Numbered from the stretch's first letter, positions 9,953 through 20,181 are shown. The stretch is 64,000 nt of DNA from Oscillospiraceae bacterium (GCA_017541275.1 JAFXZM010000004.1:16832-80831); one strand, 5' to 3'. Notes: generated from the letters alone by a model not told the origin. Made by a program: numbers and translations.

Positions 9953-10198
9953 GGGGGAGAGAAAACTCTTGTTTTCTCTCCCCCTCAGTCTGTCGAAAAA
10001 GTGTCTCCGACAGATTGATAATGGGGACTCCGTCCCCAAACCCCTGCTTAAGGGCTACTGGCCCTTAAGAATTCCATATTATAAAAAGCATGTACTTCCT
10101 TTCATTTTGATGAATATGGGATTTCAAAGGGACAGTGTCCCTTTGGTGGGTTTGCGAAGCGAGCGAGAGCCCATTATCAATCATCGCTGCGCGATGAT
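9953..10198. repeat. array of six short perfect hairpins (intergenic palindromic repeat cluster, locus 1)
   Basis: Stems at 9953-9984 (14 bp), 9989-10014 (7 bp), 10023-10037 (6 bp), 10047-10069 (9 bp), 10125-10145 (CAAAGGGAC-AGT-GTCCCTTTG) and 10180-10198 (8 bp). Two of them recur elsewhere in the window. Confidence 0.8.
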
Positions 10199-10260
10199 CC
10201 GGAATGGAAACAGTTATATCTTCAATCACCAAAAAGTTACATTCCCGAATGCTTTTGCGT

Positions 10261-11856
10261 TCAATCAGCGTTCTCATTCAGGATTCGTTCGGCACATCGA
10301 ATGCCGTCCACAGCAGCGGAAACGATGCCGCCGGCATAGCCCGCACCCTCTCCGCAGGGGTACAGACCGCACATGCCGCAGGATTCGAGCGTCTGCGGGT
10401 CACGCAGAATGCGGACAGGAGAGGAGCTGCGTGTTTCCGGCGCTGTCAGCACGGCATCGGGCTGCAAAAAGCCGCGCAGCTTCTGAGCCAGCAGCGGAAT
10501 ACCCTCCCGCAGCGCATGACAGACCTGCTCCGGCAGACAACATTCCGGCGCGGCAAAGACCGTCCCCAGCGGGTAGCTCGGCATCACGCGCCCGAACGCC
10601 GCTGACTGCTGCCCCTTCAGGAAATCGCAGAGCAGCGTGACAGGCGCTTTTCCGGTCATGCCGCCGGCAAGATATGCCGCATGCTCAATGCGCCGCTGCA
10701 GGGCAATGCCGGCCAGCACATCCTCCGAGCCGAAATCGGCGGGCGTGATGCCGACCAGCAGCGCACTGTTCGCATTGGGCATTTCCCGTGCAAAGCGGCT
10801 CATGCCGTTTGTCACGACCGATTCCGGCTCTGAGGCCGCAGCCTGCACCAACCCCCCCGGACACATACAGAATGAATAAACGCCGCGCCCGCCGCCGGTA
10901 TGCGCCGCGAGCTTATAGGAGGCTGCGCCGAGTGCCGGATGCCCCGCCGCCGTGCCGTAGCAGAAGCGGTCAATATCGCTTTGCAGATGCTCGATGCGCA
11001 CGCCGAGCGAAAAAGCCTTTTGTTCCATCGGCAGGCCCGCATCCCTGAGCCACGCGAACACATCGCGTGCGCTGTGGCCGACTGCAAGCACCGCATGATC
11101 GGTGCGCAGAGAATTTTCCGTGCCATTTTGCGTGTATTCCACGGAAACAAGCCTGCCGTGATCGGCAGTCAGGCCGGTGCATTTCGCATGAAACAGCACC
11201 TTGCCGCCGGCAGCCTCGATTTTTGCGCGGAGCGCGGGAATGCAGACGGCAAGCCGGTCTGTCCCGATATGAGGCTTGGCCTGCCAGAGAATCTCCTCCG
11301 GCGCACCGCAATCCGCAAAGGTCTGAAGCACCTGCCGGATGCGGACATCCTTTGTGCCGGTATTGAGCTTGCCGTCGGAAAACGTACCGGCGCCGCCCTC
11401 GCCGAACTGCACATTACATTCGGGGTCAAGCACACCGGTCTCATAATAGCGCTGCACGGCGCTCAGACGCTCAGCAGCAGGCGCACCGCGCTCCAGCAGA
11501 ACCGGACACAGTCCCGCCTGCGCCAGCACCCATGCCGCAAACAGTCCGCCCGGTCCCGCACCGATCACGACCGGCGGATGCGGCAGCTTTTTTTTGCCGT
11601 ATTCCGGCATGACAAACGGCGTGATGCGCTGCACCTTTGCCGAAGCCGGCAGTCCGGACAGAACTGCATCCTCATCGCGGACGGTCACATCCGCAGATGC
11701 AGTAAAATGCACCTGCTTCCGCGCATCGACCGCCCGCCGTGCGAGCCGGACGCTTTGCAGCGCATCGGCATGACAGCGCAGCACGGCAGCGGCACGCTTC
11801 CGCAGGGTCTGCTCCGTATACGAAAGCGGCAGTGAAATATCATTGATCCGCAGCAT
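10261..11856 (-). CDS. NAD(P)/FAD-dependent oxidoreductase (COG2509-type uncharacterised FAD-dependent dehydrogenase)
   Basis: GGGAGGAA RBS. Dinucleotide-binding motif VVIGAGPGGLFAAWVLAQAG. 531 aa. Confidence 0.75.
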   Translation of the reverse strand: MLRINDISLPLSYTEQTLRKRAAAVLRCHADALQSVRLARRAVDARKQVHFTASADVTVRDEDAVLSGLPASAKVQRITPFVMPEYGKKKLPHPPVVIGAGPGGLFAAWVLAQAGLCPVLLERGAPAAERLSAVQRYYETGVLDPECNVQFGEGGAGTFSDGKLNTGTKDVRIRQVLQTFADCGAPEEILWQAKPHIGTDRLAVCIPALRAKIEAAGGKVLFHAKCTGLTADHGRLVSVEYTQNGTENSLRTDHAVLAVGHSARDVFAWLRDAGLPMEQKAFSLGVRIEHLQSDIDRFCYGTAAGHPALGAASYKLAAHTGGGRGVYSFCMCPGGLVQAAASEPESVVTNGMSRFAREMPNANSALLVGITPADFGSEDVLAGIALQRRIEHAAYLAGGMTGKAPVTLLCDFLKGQQSAAFGRVMPSYPLGTVFAAPECCLPEQVCHALREGIPLLAQKLRGFLQPDAVLTAPETRSSSPVRILRDPQTLESCGMCGLYPCGEGAGYAGGIVSAAVDGIRCAERILNENAD

Positions 11857-11867
11857 GGTTTCCTCCC

Positions 11868-11903
11868 GAAAAAGCAGCAGACTGCCCGTTTCCGGCAGTC
11901 TGC
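11868..11903 (-). terminator. rho-independent terminator after ilvN
   Basis: Minus strand: GCAGACTGCC-7 nt-GGCAGTCTGC followed by TGCTTTTTC. Confidence 0.6.
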
Positions 11904-11912
11904 AAAACCGGT

Positions 11913-12422
11913 TTACCGCTCATGCAGCGTGCGGAGACAGTTTTCGCCGCGCTCGATCGCAACGATCCCTGTCCGGCACATTTCCATGATGCCGTAATTC
12001 TTCATCAGTTCAATAAATGCGTCGATTTTGGTGCTCTCACCGGTCAGCTCGCAGATCAGTGCCGCAGCGGAATAATCCACGATCTTCGAGCGGAAGATTT
12101 CGACCGCCGTCATGATATCCTGCCGCGTTTCGGCGGTATTCCGCACCTTCAGCAGCAGCAGCTCCCGGATCACGGTTTCGTGCTGATCGAGCACCTCGAC
12201 CTCCTTGACATCGTGGAGCTTTTCAAGCTGTGTGACGATGCGCTCCCGGATATCCTCATTGCCGCGGAACGCAACGGTAATGCGCGAAAAGCCGGACGAT
12301 TCCGTTTCGCCGACCGTCAGGCAGTCGATATTGAAGCCGCGCCGCGTGAACATGCCCGAAACCCGCGACAGCACGCCGGAAATGTTTGCGACCAGCACGC
12401 CGATCACATATTGTTGTTCCAT
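11913..12422 (-). CDS. ilvN: acetolactate synthase small (regulatory) subunit
   Basis: Internal ATG (MEQQYVIGVLVANISGVLSRVSGMFTRRGFNI...) with an ACT domain. 169 aa, immediately downstream of ilvB. Confidence 0.9.
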   Translation of the reverse strand: MEQQYVIGVLVANISGVLSRVSGMFTRRGFNIDCLTVGETESSGFSRITVAFRGNEDIRERIVTQLEKLHDVKEVEVLDQHETVIRELLLLKVRNTAETRQDIMTAVEIFRSKIVDYSAAALICELTGESTKIDAFIELMKNYGIMEMCRTGIVAIERGENCLRTLHER

Positions 12423-12432
12423 GGTATCATCC

Positions 12433-14121
12433 TCACTTAATCTGCGTGATAATATCGTCGATCGAGCCGCCGGGCGGGAGCATCGGGAGCACCGGCTCAT
12501 CGGGGCTGACCGCGCAGTCGATCACGAACGGGCCGTCCTGCGAAAAGGCTGCATGCACGGCTCTTTCAAGCGATTCCGCATCATCGGCGCGCATGCCCTT
12601 TGCACCGAACGCCTCCGCGACTTTTACGAAATCGGTTTTGCGGTTCAGCGTTGTCGCGGCATAGCGCTGCCCGAAAAAGAGCCGCTGCCACTGCCGCACC
12701 ATGCCCAGCACGCCGTTATTCAGGATGACAATGACCAGCTTTGCGTGCTCGCTGACGGCTGTTGCCAGCTCATTCAGGTTCATGCCGAAGCTGCCGTCGC
12801 CCGTGAACAGCACCGTGCGCTTTCCGGCCGCAAGAAATGCGCCGATTGCCGCGCCCATGCCGAAGCCCATTGCGCCGAGCCCGCCGCTCGTGAGAAAGGT
12901 GCGCGGATACCGCAGCGGATATCTCTGCGCCGTCCACATCTGATGCTGTCCGACATCCGTAACGATCAGGGCATCCTCCTCCGCCGCACGGCTCACCGCG
13001 TCGATGATCTCAAAATGCGTGAGCATCCCCGCCTCAGACATGATGCTGTGCGAGGCTGCCGTCCGGCGCTGCTCCTCTGTCCGCAGCGCGGCAATGCGCG
13101 AATTCCAGCCCGTGTGAAGCTGCTGCGGAACGATTGCCGTCAGCCGCCGCAGGGCATCCTTCAGGTCACCGCGGATGGTTAGCTGCGCCGCGATATTTTT
13201 ATTCAGCTCTGCACCGTCAATATCAATGTGAATCACCGCAAAATGCCTTGCAAACCGGTCGGCCGCGCCGGTCGCACGGTCGCTGAACCGCACGCCGAGT
13301 GCGATCACAAGATCCGCCTCATCCTCCGCGACGGTCGATGCATAATGCCCGTGCATGCCCTGCATGCCGAGAAAGCGCGGGTGATCGGACGGAACCGCCG
13401 AAAGCCCCATGAGCGAACAGCCCATCGGTGCATCCAGACGCTCCGCGAAGGCCAGCAGCTCCGCCGAGGCATGTCCGGCGATCACGCCGCCGCCGAAATA
13501 AATATACGGCCGCTTTGCCTGCATAATGCGGTCGGCCGCCCATTGCAGCCGGTGATTTGAGGAGCAGCGCAGCGGCTCTGCCGCAACCGGTTCTGCTGCG
13601 GGCGTAAACTCGCATTTCGCCTCCTGCACATCCTTCGGGACATCGACCAGAACCGGGCCGGGGCGGCCTGATTTGGCAATGCGGAATGCCTCCCGGACGG
13701 TATCGGCGAGCTCGCAGATATCCTTGACAATGAAATTATGCTTCGTGACAGGCATACTGACGCCGACGATATCGACCTCCTGAAAGCTGTCTCTGCCGAT
13801 CTGACTGCACGGCACATTGCCCGTGACCGCCACGACCGGCACCGAATCCAGATATGCCGCCGCAATGCCTGTTATCAGATTTGTCGCGCCGGGGCCGGAG
13901 GTCGCGATGACCACACCGACCGTTCCCGATGCACGGGCATAGCCGTCTGCGGCATGTGCAGCGCCCTGCTCATGCGCCGTGAGCACATTGCGGATGCGGT
14001 CACTTCGCTGATACAGCGCGTCAAACAGGTCTGTGACCTGCCCGCCGGGATAACCGAATACCGTGCTGCATCCCTGTTCGATCAGTGTTTCTGCAATGAT
14101 CTCCGCACCTGTCAGAATCAT
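12433..14121 (-). CDS. ilvB: acetolactate synthase large (catalytic) subunit
   Basis: The ATG giving MILTGAEIIAETL is preceded by GGAGGTGA. ThDP-enzyme motifs (GYPGG, GDGSF..NxxEL). The start overlaps the upstream stop (ATGA). Confidence 0.9.
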   Translation of the reverse strand: MILTGAEIIAETLIEQGCSTVFGYPGGQVTDLFDALYQRSDRIRNVLTAHEQGAAHAADGYARASGTVGVVIATSGPGATNLITGIAAAYLDSVPVVAVTGNVPCSQIGRDSFQEVDIVGVSMPVTKHNFIVKDICELADTVREAFRIAKSGRPGPVLVDVPKDVQEAKCEFTPAAEPVAAEPLRCSSNHRLQWAADRIMQAKRPYIYFGGGVIAGHASAELLAFAERLDAPMGCSLMGLSAVPSDHPRFLGMQGMHGHYASTVAEDEADLVIALGVRFSDRATGAADRFARHFAVIHIDIDGAELNKNIAAQLTIRGDLKDALRRLTAIVPQQLHTGWNSRIAALRTEEQRRTAASHSIMSEAGMLTHFEIIDAVSRAAEEDALIVTDVGQHQMWTAQRYPLRYPRTFLTSGGLGAMGFGMGAAIGAFLAAGKRTVLFTGDGSFGMNLNELATAVSEHAKLVIVILNNGVLGMVRQWQRLFFGQRYAATTLNRKTDFVKVAEAFGAKGMRADDAESLERAVHAAFSQDGPFVIDCAVSPDEPVLPMLPPGGSIDDIITQIK

Positions 14122-15341
14122 ACCGTCACCTCCGGACAAGGCTCGGACTGGGCTGCGATCAGCCGCTCGACAAGCTGCTTGGCGGCTCTCGGCGACCGGC
14201 CGCCGATGCCCTGTGCAAACCGCTCCGCCTCCGCAGCAAGCGCTTCATCGTCCGTTTCAAGGCCTCTCTGTGCGGCAATCGCGGAAACCAGCGCAAGATA
14301 ATCCGGCAGATCCGGCTCGGAGAAGTACACCCGCAGCCCGAACCGTGCCGCGACCGAGCCGATCTCCTGAAGCGTATCATGCCGGTGCAGATCGTCGCCG
14401 GCGCGGTCGGAGCTGCGCTCCCGGACAATCTGCCGGCGGTTGCTTGTCGCATAGATCACGGCATTTTTCGCACGCGCCGCGACACTCCCCTCCAGCGCGG
14501 CCTTGAGCGTGCCGAAGCTGTTGTCATCCGCCGAAAAGCTCAGATCGTCAATGAAGAAAATGAACCGCAGCGGATTGTCGTAAATCTGCTCTGTGAGCTC
14601 CGGCAGCAGTCTGAGCTGCTCCTTTGTGAGCTGAATGAGCCGGAGTCCCTCGCTGAAATATTCGTTCACCAGCGCCTTGACCGTTGCGGATTTCCCTGTT
14701 CCTGCATCGCCGCAGAGCAGCACATTCTGTGCGGGTCTGCCGTTCAGCAGCGCGAGCGTATTTTCCCGCACGGCATCGCGCTCCTGCTGATATCCGATCA
14801 GATCGCTCATCCGGATCGGGTCCGGATGCAGCACCGGCCTGCAAATGCCCTCCCGGACAACAAACATTGCATGGCGTGCAAATTTTCCGTAGCCGTATTT
14901 GCTGATATTCTGCACACGCTCCATGTATGCCTCATAGAAGTTGATATCCGAGATTTTCCACTCCGGCAGCACGCCGTAATAGGACACCTCCCGCTGCAAT
15001 TCCTGCGGATGCAGACGGGCAAGCCGCTGTAAAATCGCGAGCTCGTTCTCGACACAGGATTCCAGCAGCGGATCGACCACCTCGCCGCGCGCCTTTGCCG
15101 TGATATAGAAGTTTTCATCCTCGCAGATGAGCCGGAAGATATAATCTGTCAGGTTCGTGCTCTGCGAATAAAGCCGCGAAATGAACTCCGTATACAGCCG
15201 GAGCTGGATGACCGGATCCATGGTCTCGGTATCGAGCAGGCCTCTGAGCGGCAGGATGACCTCCTGTGTCATCAGCTTACGGAACACCACAAGCGAATTC
15301 AGCGAGAGGTCGATCTCCTGCAATTTTTTGTTTTTAATCAT
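14118..15341 (-). CDS. AAA+ ATPase, DUF815 family
   Basis: Walker A LLCGDAGTGKSATVKAL and Walker B FIFFIDDLSF. ATGA overlaps at both ends. Confidence 0.75.
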   Translation of the reverse strand: MIKNKKLQEIDLSLNSLVVFRKLMTQEVILPLRGLLDTETMDPVIQLRLYTEFISRLYSQSTNLTDYIFRLICEDENFYITAKARGEVVDPLLESCVENELAILQRLARLHPQELQREVSYYGVLPEWKISDINFYEAYMERVQNISKYGYGKFARHAMFVVREGICRPVLHPDPIRMSDLIGYQQERDAVRENTLALLNGRPAQNVLLCGDAGTGKSATVKALVNEYFSEGLRLIQLTKEQLRLLPELTEQIYDNPLRFIFFIDDLSFSADDNSFGTLKAALEGSVAARAKNAVIYATSNRRQIVRERSSDRAGDDLHRHDTLQEIGSVAARFGLRVYFSEPDLPDYLALVSAIAAQRGLETDDEALAAEAERFAQGIGGRSPRAAKQLVERLIAAQSEPCPEVTV

Positions 15342-17782
15342 ACTTCACCATTCTCTGCTGTCTGTTTTTTCCGGGCTGTGCGCTTCGCTTTGCGCTGCCG
15401 CTTCAAAGCAGGCCGGTAGGCATCGTATGCCGCACAGTAGATGCGGTAAACGCGCCCGGCCGCCTCCGGAGTACAGCGATCCGCATAGACCGATGCCTCA
15501 AAATCGGCAAGCAGTCCGCTGAGATCGACGTTCAGGAAGCTGCTCTGCTCCTCACAGAGCACTCTTGCTGTTTTGGAAGGATCAGCCTTCCACTGCTTCC
15601 GCAGCCGTGCAAAGGCAGCCTGCACCGATGCGGCATCATGCGTTTTGCGCAGCTTTCTGCGGAAGAGCTTTTCCCGGAGCATCGGAATCAGCCAGACCAT
15701 CAGCAGGATTACAAGCACACCGGCTGCAAACAGGAGCAGCCCGGCATATTGCAGCGTGACAAGCACCTTGCTGCCGCCGCCGCTTTCAAGCGAGGCAGCG
15801 GTCGCATCCATCATCATCCAGCCGTAGCCTGCTATATACACATCGCAGAACGCATGGGCGTGATTGGTCGAGATCACATAATTATAGGTTGACCCGTCTG
15901 GCTCTGCGTATCTCCTGCCGGTATACGGCTGAGACATCATATAGCCCTCAACATAGCGGGCGGAAAGCCCCGCCGCACGGCAGAGCTGTGTCATGGCCGT
16001 TGCGAACTGATAGCAGACACCGGCCTTGTCCTTGAACAGAAACGCCGTGACATTCGCCGGACGCGGCGCATCGAGCGAATAGGTATAATCGCCCTGACAG
16101 AGATAATCGCGGATTGCGGCCGCCTTGTCATAATCGGAGGTCATGCCCTCCGTGATCTCCGCGGCCAGTGCTCTGATTTCGTCCGGAATATCGTCCATAT
16201 TGGCCGTATACCAGATCGACGATGCTTCATAATTGTCCATTGCGCGCGAGGCAAGCGCCTTCCGCTCGTCCTCCTCAGGGAATACGTCATACAGATCGTG
16301 CAGGAAGCTGCGCCAGTTTTCCCGCGAGCTGACGCGCATAAGCGCCTGTGCTTCGTCAGTTTCGGCATAGGAATCGCTGAAATACTCCGATTCCATGAAC
16401 ATCAGCACATATTCCTCATTCTCGCTGCAATACACGATGCCCGTGCGGTTCTGATACAGCATATTTATCATGGCTGCCCAGCTATAATCCGTATGCAGCG
16501 GCGTCGGGGACACAATAATATTGCTTGCAGAGGCAGCCGCAACTTTGAGCGTTCTCCGATAATCGCCGGCATCAACATCTTCCGTTCCGAGCAGATCGGA
16601 AAGCTGCCATTTTTCAGCGAAAGCCGGATCGAGCGCCGCAGCAGCGCGCACGAGATCGACCAGCTCGCCGGGCGACTGATCGGGCGATGCGGATTTCATG
16701 TTCGGGGCTGTATCGCGGAAAGCAAAGCTGTCATTCCGCGGCTTGCCGTCTGAGGCGGAAGCATTCCATGCATCCCGGAAATAGTCATAGGTCGTGAAGG
16801 TGCGGACGCGCAGGTTCAGCGGCTCCTCCGCCTGCCCGTAATACAGTGCGCGGTCATAGGTTCTGACGGAATAATTGCCCCCGTCGGAGGTATCCGCAAA
16901 GCCGCTGATCGCGTTCTCCAGATAATCGGAGAGGCGTGTCAGATCGACCATGCTGTCGAGCGCGGTACGGTCTGCGCGGACATTCGGCTTGGGGAGCGCA
17001 AGGATAAAAATACTTGCTGCGGCGAGAAAAATGCCGGCAGCCTGCAAAAAGCGTCCGTCAAGCACCTCCGGCCTGACCTTCACATACGGGGAGCGCTTTG
17101 AAGGGGCGGAGAGCTTGCTGACCGTATCGGGCTGATAGGCCTGCACGACCTCCTCGTCCTCAGCATGCGCCTGCCGGCAGTAGATCATAACCGCAAAATA
17201 ACAGAACAGCAGTATGATGATTGACAGCACCGGCATGGTCTCATTTTCCTTTGCGTAAATCGCGAACGGAAAAATCATAACGACAAACGACATCAGCACG
17301 CGGTACCGCACCAGCGTAAAATAATACGCGATGGACGCGATAAAGAACGTGAACAGCAGAAACAGCGCGATGGTATAGCCGGGATAATCTGCGGTCAGAA
17401 TGGACTGCGGCGAGAAGAACCAGACCCAGAACTGAATCTGATCGGCCGCACGCGCCGGCGCAAACAGGGCACTGTCATAGCCTGCCCGCATCATCAGCAC
17501 CGAAAGCGACAAAAAGCCCGCACCGGCCGCCAGATATGCTGCGGTGCCGATGATCGGGTGCTTTTTCATGTAATCAAACAGCCGGAACAGTCCGGCCTGA
17601 AGCAAAAACGAGAGCAGAACCCAGACAGGTGTCCACTTCGGGGCATAGTGATAGAAAATGCCCGCAATGATTGTCACGGAGAACAGCAGCGGAATCCGTC
17701 TTGGCTGAAGCATTCTGCGCAGCAGACGGCCGGGCAGCGTATCCTCACGCAGCACTTTCAGGTCTGGCATCGGCATCATCAC
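15338..17782 (-). CDS. transglutaminase-domain membrane protein (TgpA-like)
   Basis: Polytopic N-terminus. Transglutaminase core GVCYQFATAM...HAHAFCDVY...GWMMMD. The start could be the ATG 3 nt downstream. Confidence 0.8.
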   Translation of the reverse strand: MMMPMPDLKVLREDTLPGRLLRRMLQPRRIPLLFSVTIIAGIFYHYAPKWTPVWVLLSFLLQAGLFRLFDYMKKHPIIGTAAYLAAGAGFLSLSVLMMRAGYDSALFAPARAADQIQFWVWFFSPQSILTADYPGYTIALFLLFTFFIASIAYYFTLVRYRVLMSFVVMIFPFAIYAKENETMPVLSIIILLFCYFAVMIYCRQAHAEDEEVVQAYQPDTVSKLSAPSKRSPYVKVRPEVLDGRFLQAAGIFLAAASIFILALPKPNVRADRTALDSMVDLTRLSDYLENAISGFADTSDGGNYSVRTYDRALYYGQAEEPLNLRVRTFTTYDYFRDAWNASASDGKPRNDSFAFRDTAPNMKSASPDQSPGELVDLVRAAAALDPAFAEKWQLSDLLGTEDVDAGDYRRTLKVAAASASNIIVSPTPLHTDYSWAAMINMLYQNRTGIVYCSENEEYVLMFMESEYFSDSYAETDEAQALMRVSSRENWRSFLHDLYDVFPEEDERKALASRAMDNYEASSIWYTANMDDIPDEIRALAAEITEGMTSDYDKAAAIRDYLCQGDYTYSLDAPRPANVTAFLFKDKAGVCYQFATAMTQLCRAAGLSARYVEGYMMSQPYTGRRYAEPDGSTYNYVISTNHAHAFCDVYIAGYGWMMMDATAASLESGGGSKVLVTLQYAGLLLFAAGVLVILLMVWLIPMLREKLFRRKLRKTHDAASVQAAFARLRKQWKADPSKTARVLCEEQSSFLNVDLSGLLADFEASVYADRCTPEAAGRVYRIYCAAYDAYRPALKRQRKAKRTARKKQTAENGEV

Positions 17783-17824
17783 CGCCTTTCGTGTGAATAT
17801 GGAACAGGCACCGGCGGAACAGGC

Positions 17825-19114
17825 TCAGACCTCTCCGCCGGCCTGAATCAGCTTGTGCTCAGAGGTCACGAGCCAAAGCGAGCCGTTCTTCGGAACGGAA
17901 AAGGAATCCGCATCCTGCTCCGGTACCAGCAGGTACAGCAGGGACGGGAACCTTGCGAGTGCGGCTGCGGTATCCGCGCCGGTATGGGTTGTGAAAAACA
18001 TCAGCAGCGAGCTGCTCTCCTGCATCAGCTCCGGCGGGAGCATCGGCAGACTGCCCAGCTCCTCCTCACTGCGGCAGCCGCCGCGCAGGAGCGTCACGGC
18101 CTCGACCGCGAGCTGATCGGGACTGTCGATCGAAATGCTGCTCCACTGTCCGTTCGCATCTGCATAGGACAGCTTGCAGGGATAGCTGTATTTGGCACAG
18201 AGCATCAGAAAGCCGAGCGCAGTTTCGATGAGCTGCTCCTCAGCCATCAGCCGCCGTTCCTCCGGCAGCGCACGGCTGTCGCGGCGGAAATCCAGCACGA
18301 CCGAGAGCCGTGCCAGCGCGACCGGCTCATCCTGCCGCACCATCAGATGCCGGCGCTTGGCCGAGAGCTTCCAGTTAATGCGCTTCAGCGAATCGCCCGG
18401 AATATAGTCGCGGTGCTCATAGCCGGGCATTGCCGAGGCGGAATGCTGCGGAGTCGATTCACTTTCCTCATCGGCTGCTGCAACGGCAGTAGAAACCGAA
18501 CGGAACAGCTCTGCATTTGCCTTGAGCTCCGGAATATCCGGCGTAACCAGCAGGGTTTCCCGGCAGCTCAGCGAAATTCTGAAGCTGAACATGCCGAAAT
18601 AATCCGACAGCCGGAGATTTTCCAGATAAACCGTTCCCGCGCCGCAGTAGCGCGTTGTCAGCGGAATGCGGTATTCGGCGGACCTTGCCGACCCCAGCGA
18701 AAGGCAGAGCGGCAGAATATCGGGTGTAAGCTGCGTTTTCCGGCGCTTCCGCCATTTGGCATAGGCACGGCGGCCGCTCAGCGAATCCGTATTATCCGGA
18801 CGCGGCGGCAGTGCATCTGCATTCGGAGAGACCGGGGCAAAATGCGCGTCTGCACGGAGCGTCAGCCGCAGAAAGGGAAGCGGCAGCACCGTGTCCTTTT
18901 CGAGCAGAATCACGGCAGACCTTGTGCGCTGCTTTGCCGCGGAATCGGGCAGCTTCAGCGTAATGCTGATTTTTTTGCGCAGGGGCAGCGTTGCGGCCAG
19001 CGACAGAACCGGCATCAGAATCAGAAACGCGAGCATCATCACGCCGATCGCGCCGTCCATATACAGCATGAAAATGACCGCAATGCCGATCGCGCACACA
19101 TAGCTCACAATCAT
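17825..19114 (-). CDS. DUF58 domain protein
   Basis: HRDYIPGDSLKRINWKLSAKRRHLMVRQDE is the DUF58 signature. ATGA overlap with the moxR stop. Confidence 0.8.
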   Translation of the reverse strand: MIVSYVCAIGIAVIFMLYMDGAIGVMMLAFLILMPVLSLAATLPLRKKISITLKLPDSAAKQRTRSAVILLEKDTVLPLPFLRLTLRADAHFAPVSPNADALPPRPDNTDSLSGRRAYAKWRKRRKTQLTPDILPLCLSLGSARSAEYRIPLTTRYCGAGTVYLENLRLSDYFGMFSFRISLSCRETLLVTPDIPELKANAELFRSVSTAVAAADEESESTPQHSASAMPGYEHRDYIPGDSLKRINWKLSAKRRHLMVRQDEPVALARLSVVLDFRRDSRALPEERRLMAEEQLIETALGFLMLCAKYSYPCKLSYADANGQWSSISIDSPDQLAVEAVTLLRGGCRSEEELGSLPMLPPELMQESSSLLMFFTTHTGADTAAALARFPSLLYLLVPEQDADSFSVPKNGSLWLVTSEHKLIQAGGEV

Positions 19115-20052
19115 CTTGCAGTTTCCATCGGAACCGGCACGCTGTTCAGGACATCCCGCACAGCGTCCCGCGCATCGCCGAGCTGCGATTTGCCCTTCGG
19201 CGACAGAATCAGTCTGTGCGCCAGAACGCTCTCAGCCATTGCCTTGACGTCATCCGGCAGTGCAAAATCGCGGCCTGCCAGGAAGGCATTGGCCTTGGCT
19301 GCCTTGTAAAGCGCAATCGAGCCGCGCGGCGAGGCACCGAGCGTCAGGGCTTCGTGCTCGCGTGTGGCGGCCACGATCCGAAGAATATACCGCTTTACGG
19401 CATCGCTGACAAACACCTTTTCGACCGCCTGCTGAAGCCGGAGAATATCCTCCGGATGCAGCGCGGGCGCAGTGATATTTTCGAGCGGATTGTGATGTTC
19501 GGTACGGGAGAGTATCTGAAGCTCCTCCGCCTCTGTGGGGTAGCCCATGCTGATGCGCATAAAGAAGCGGTCCATCTGCGCCTCCGGCAGATGATATGTA
19601 CCGTATGTTTCGACTGGATTCTGTGTTGCAAGCACCATGAACGGCTGCGGAAGCTTATGCGTCACGCCGTCAATCGAGATCTGATGCTCCTCCATGACCT
19701 CCAGCAGGGCAGACTGCACCTTCGGGGAGGCACGGTTGATCTCGTCAGCCAGCAGAAAATTGCACATGGCCGCGCCGGGACGGTATTCGAGCGCAAAGGT
19801 TGTCTGATTGACCATCGAAAAGCCGGTGATATCCGACGGCATAATATCCGGCGTAAGCTGGATACGGTTGAAGCTGCCGCCGATCGAGCGGGACAGCGCC
19901 GCAGCGAGCTGGGTCTTGCCGACACCCGGCACATCCTCAATGAGAATATGGCCGCTGCAAAGCAGTCCGGCAACGACACAGCGGATGACCTGCTCCTTGC
20001 CGACGATGACCGAACCGATGCTGTCTGTGAGCTTCTGGATATCTGTGTGCAT
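19111..20052 (-). CDS. MoxR-family AAA+ ATPase
   Basis: HILIEDVPGVGKT Walker A, LLADEINRA Walker B, typical MoxR length of 313 aa. GAGAGG RBS. Confidence 0.9.
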   Translation of the reverse strand: MHTDIQKLTDSIGSVIVGKEQVIRCVVAGLLCSGHILIEDVPGVGKTQLAAALSRSIGGSFNRIQLTPDIMPSDITGFSMVNQTTFALEYRPGAAMCNFLLADEINRASPKVQSALLEVMEEHQISIDGVTHKLPQPFMVLATQNPVETYGTYHLPEAQMDRFFMRISMGYPTEAEELQILSRTEHHNPLENITAPALHPEDILRLQQAVEKVFVSDAVKRYILRIVAATREHEALTLGASPRGSIALYKAAKANAFLAGRDFALPDDVKAMAESVLAHRLILSPKGKSQLGDARDAVRDVLNSVPVPMETAR

Positions 20053-20181
20053 AGCAGTAACCTCTCAAAGCGTATATTATTACAATTATATTATATCACG
20101 TTTCCCGCCTGATTGCAAGTTTTTCACAAGAATTTCAGCAGTAAGCGGAGCATCTGCGCCGCCTGCCTGACAGCAATAAGC

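Noticed and set aside
9951-10640. 229-aa ORF beginning MGERKLLFSLP (a similar peptide occurs at 32917-33147)
   Set aside because: It is a translation artefact of the hairpin repeats that then runs antisense into the FAD-oxidoreductase gene. It has no RBS.
17558-19309. Long antisense ORFs. This one is 583 aa. Others are 6281-7345, 10900-11835, 26209-27894, 28973-30733, 51304-52710, 55895-56926, 57047-58081 and 59796-61007.
   Set aside because: Each lies opposite a gene with clear family motifs and is rich in Arg/Ala/Gly/Cys, as is typical of antisense frames in GC-rich DNA. None has a convincing RBS.
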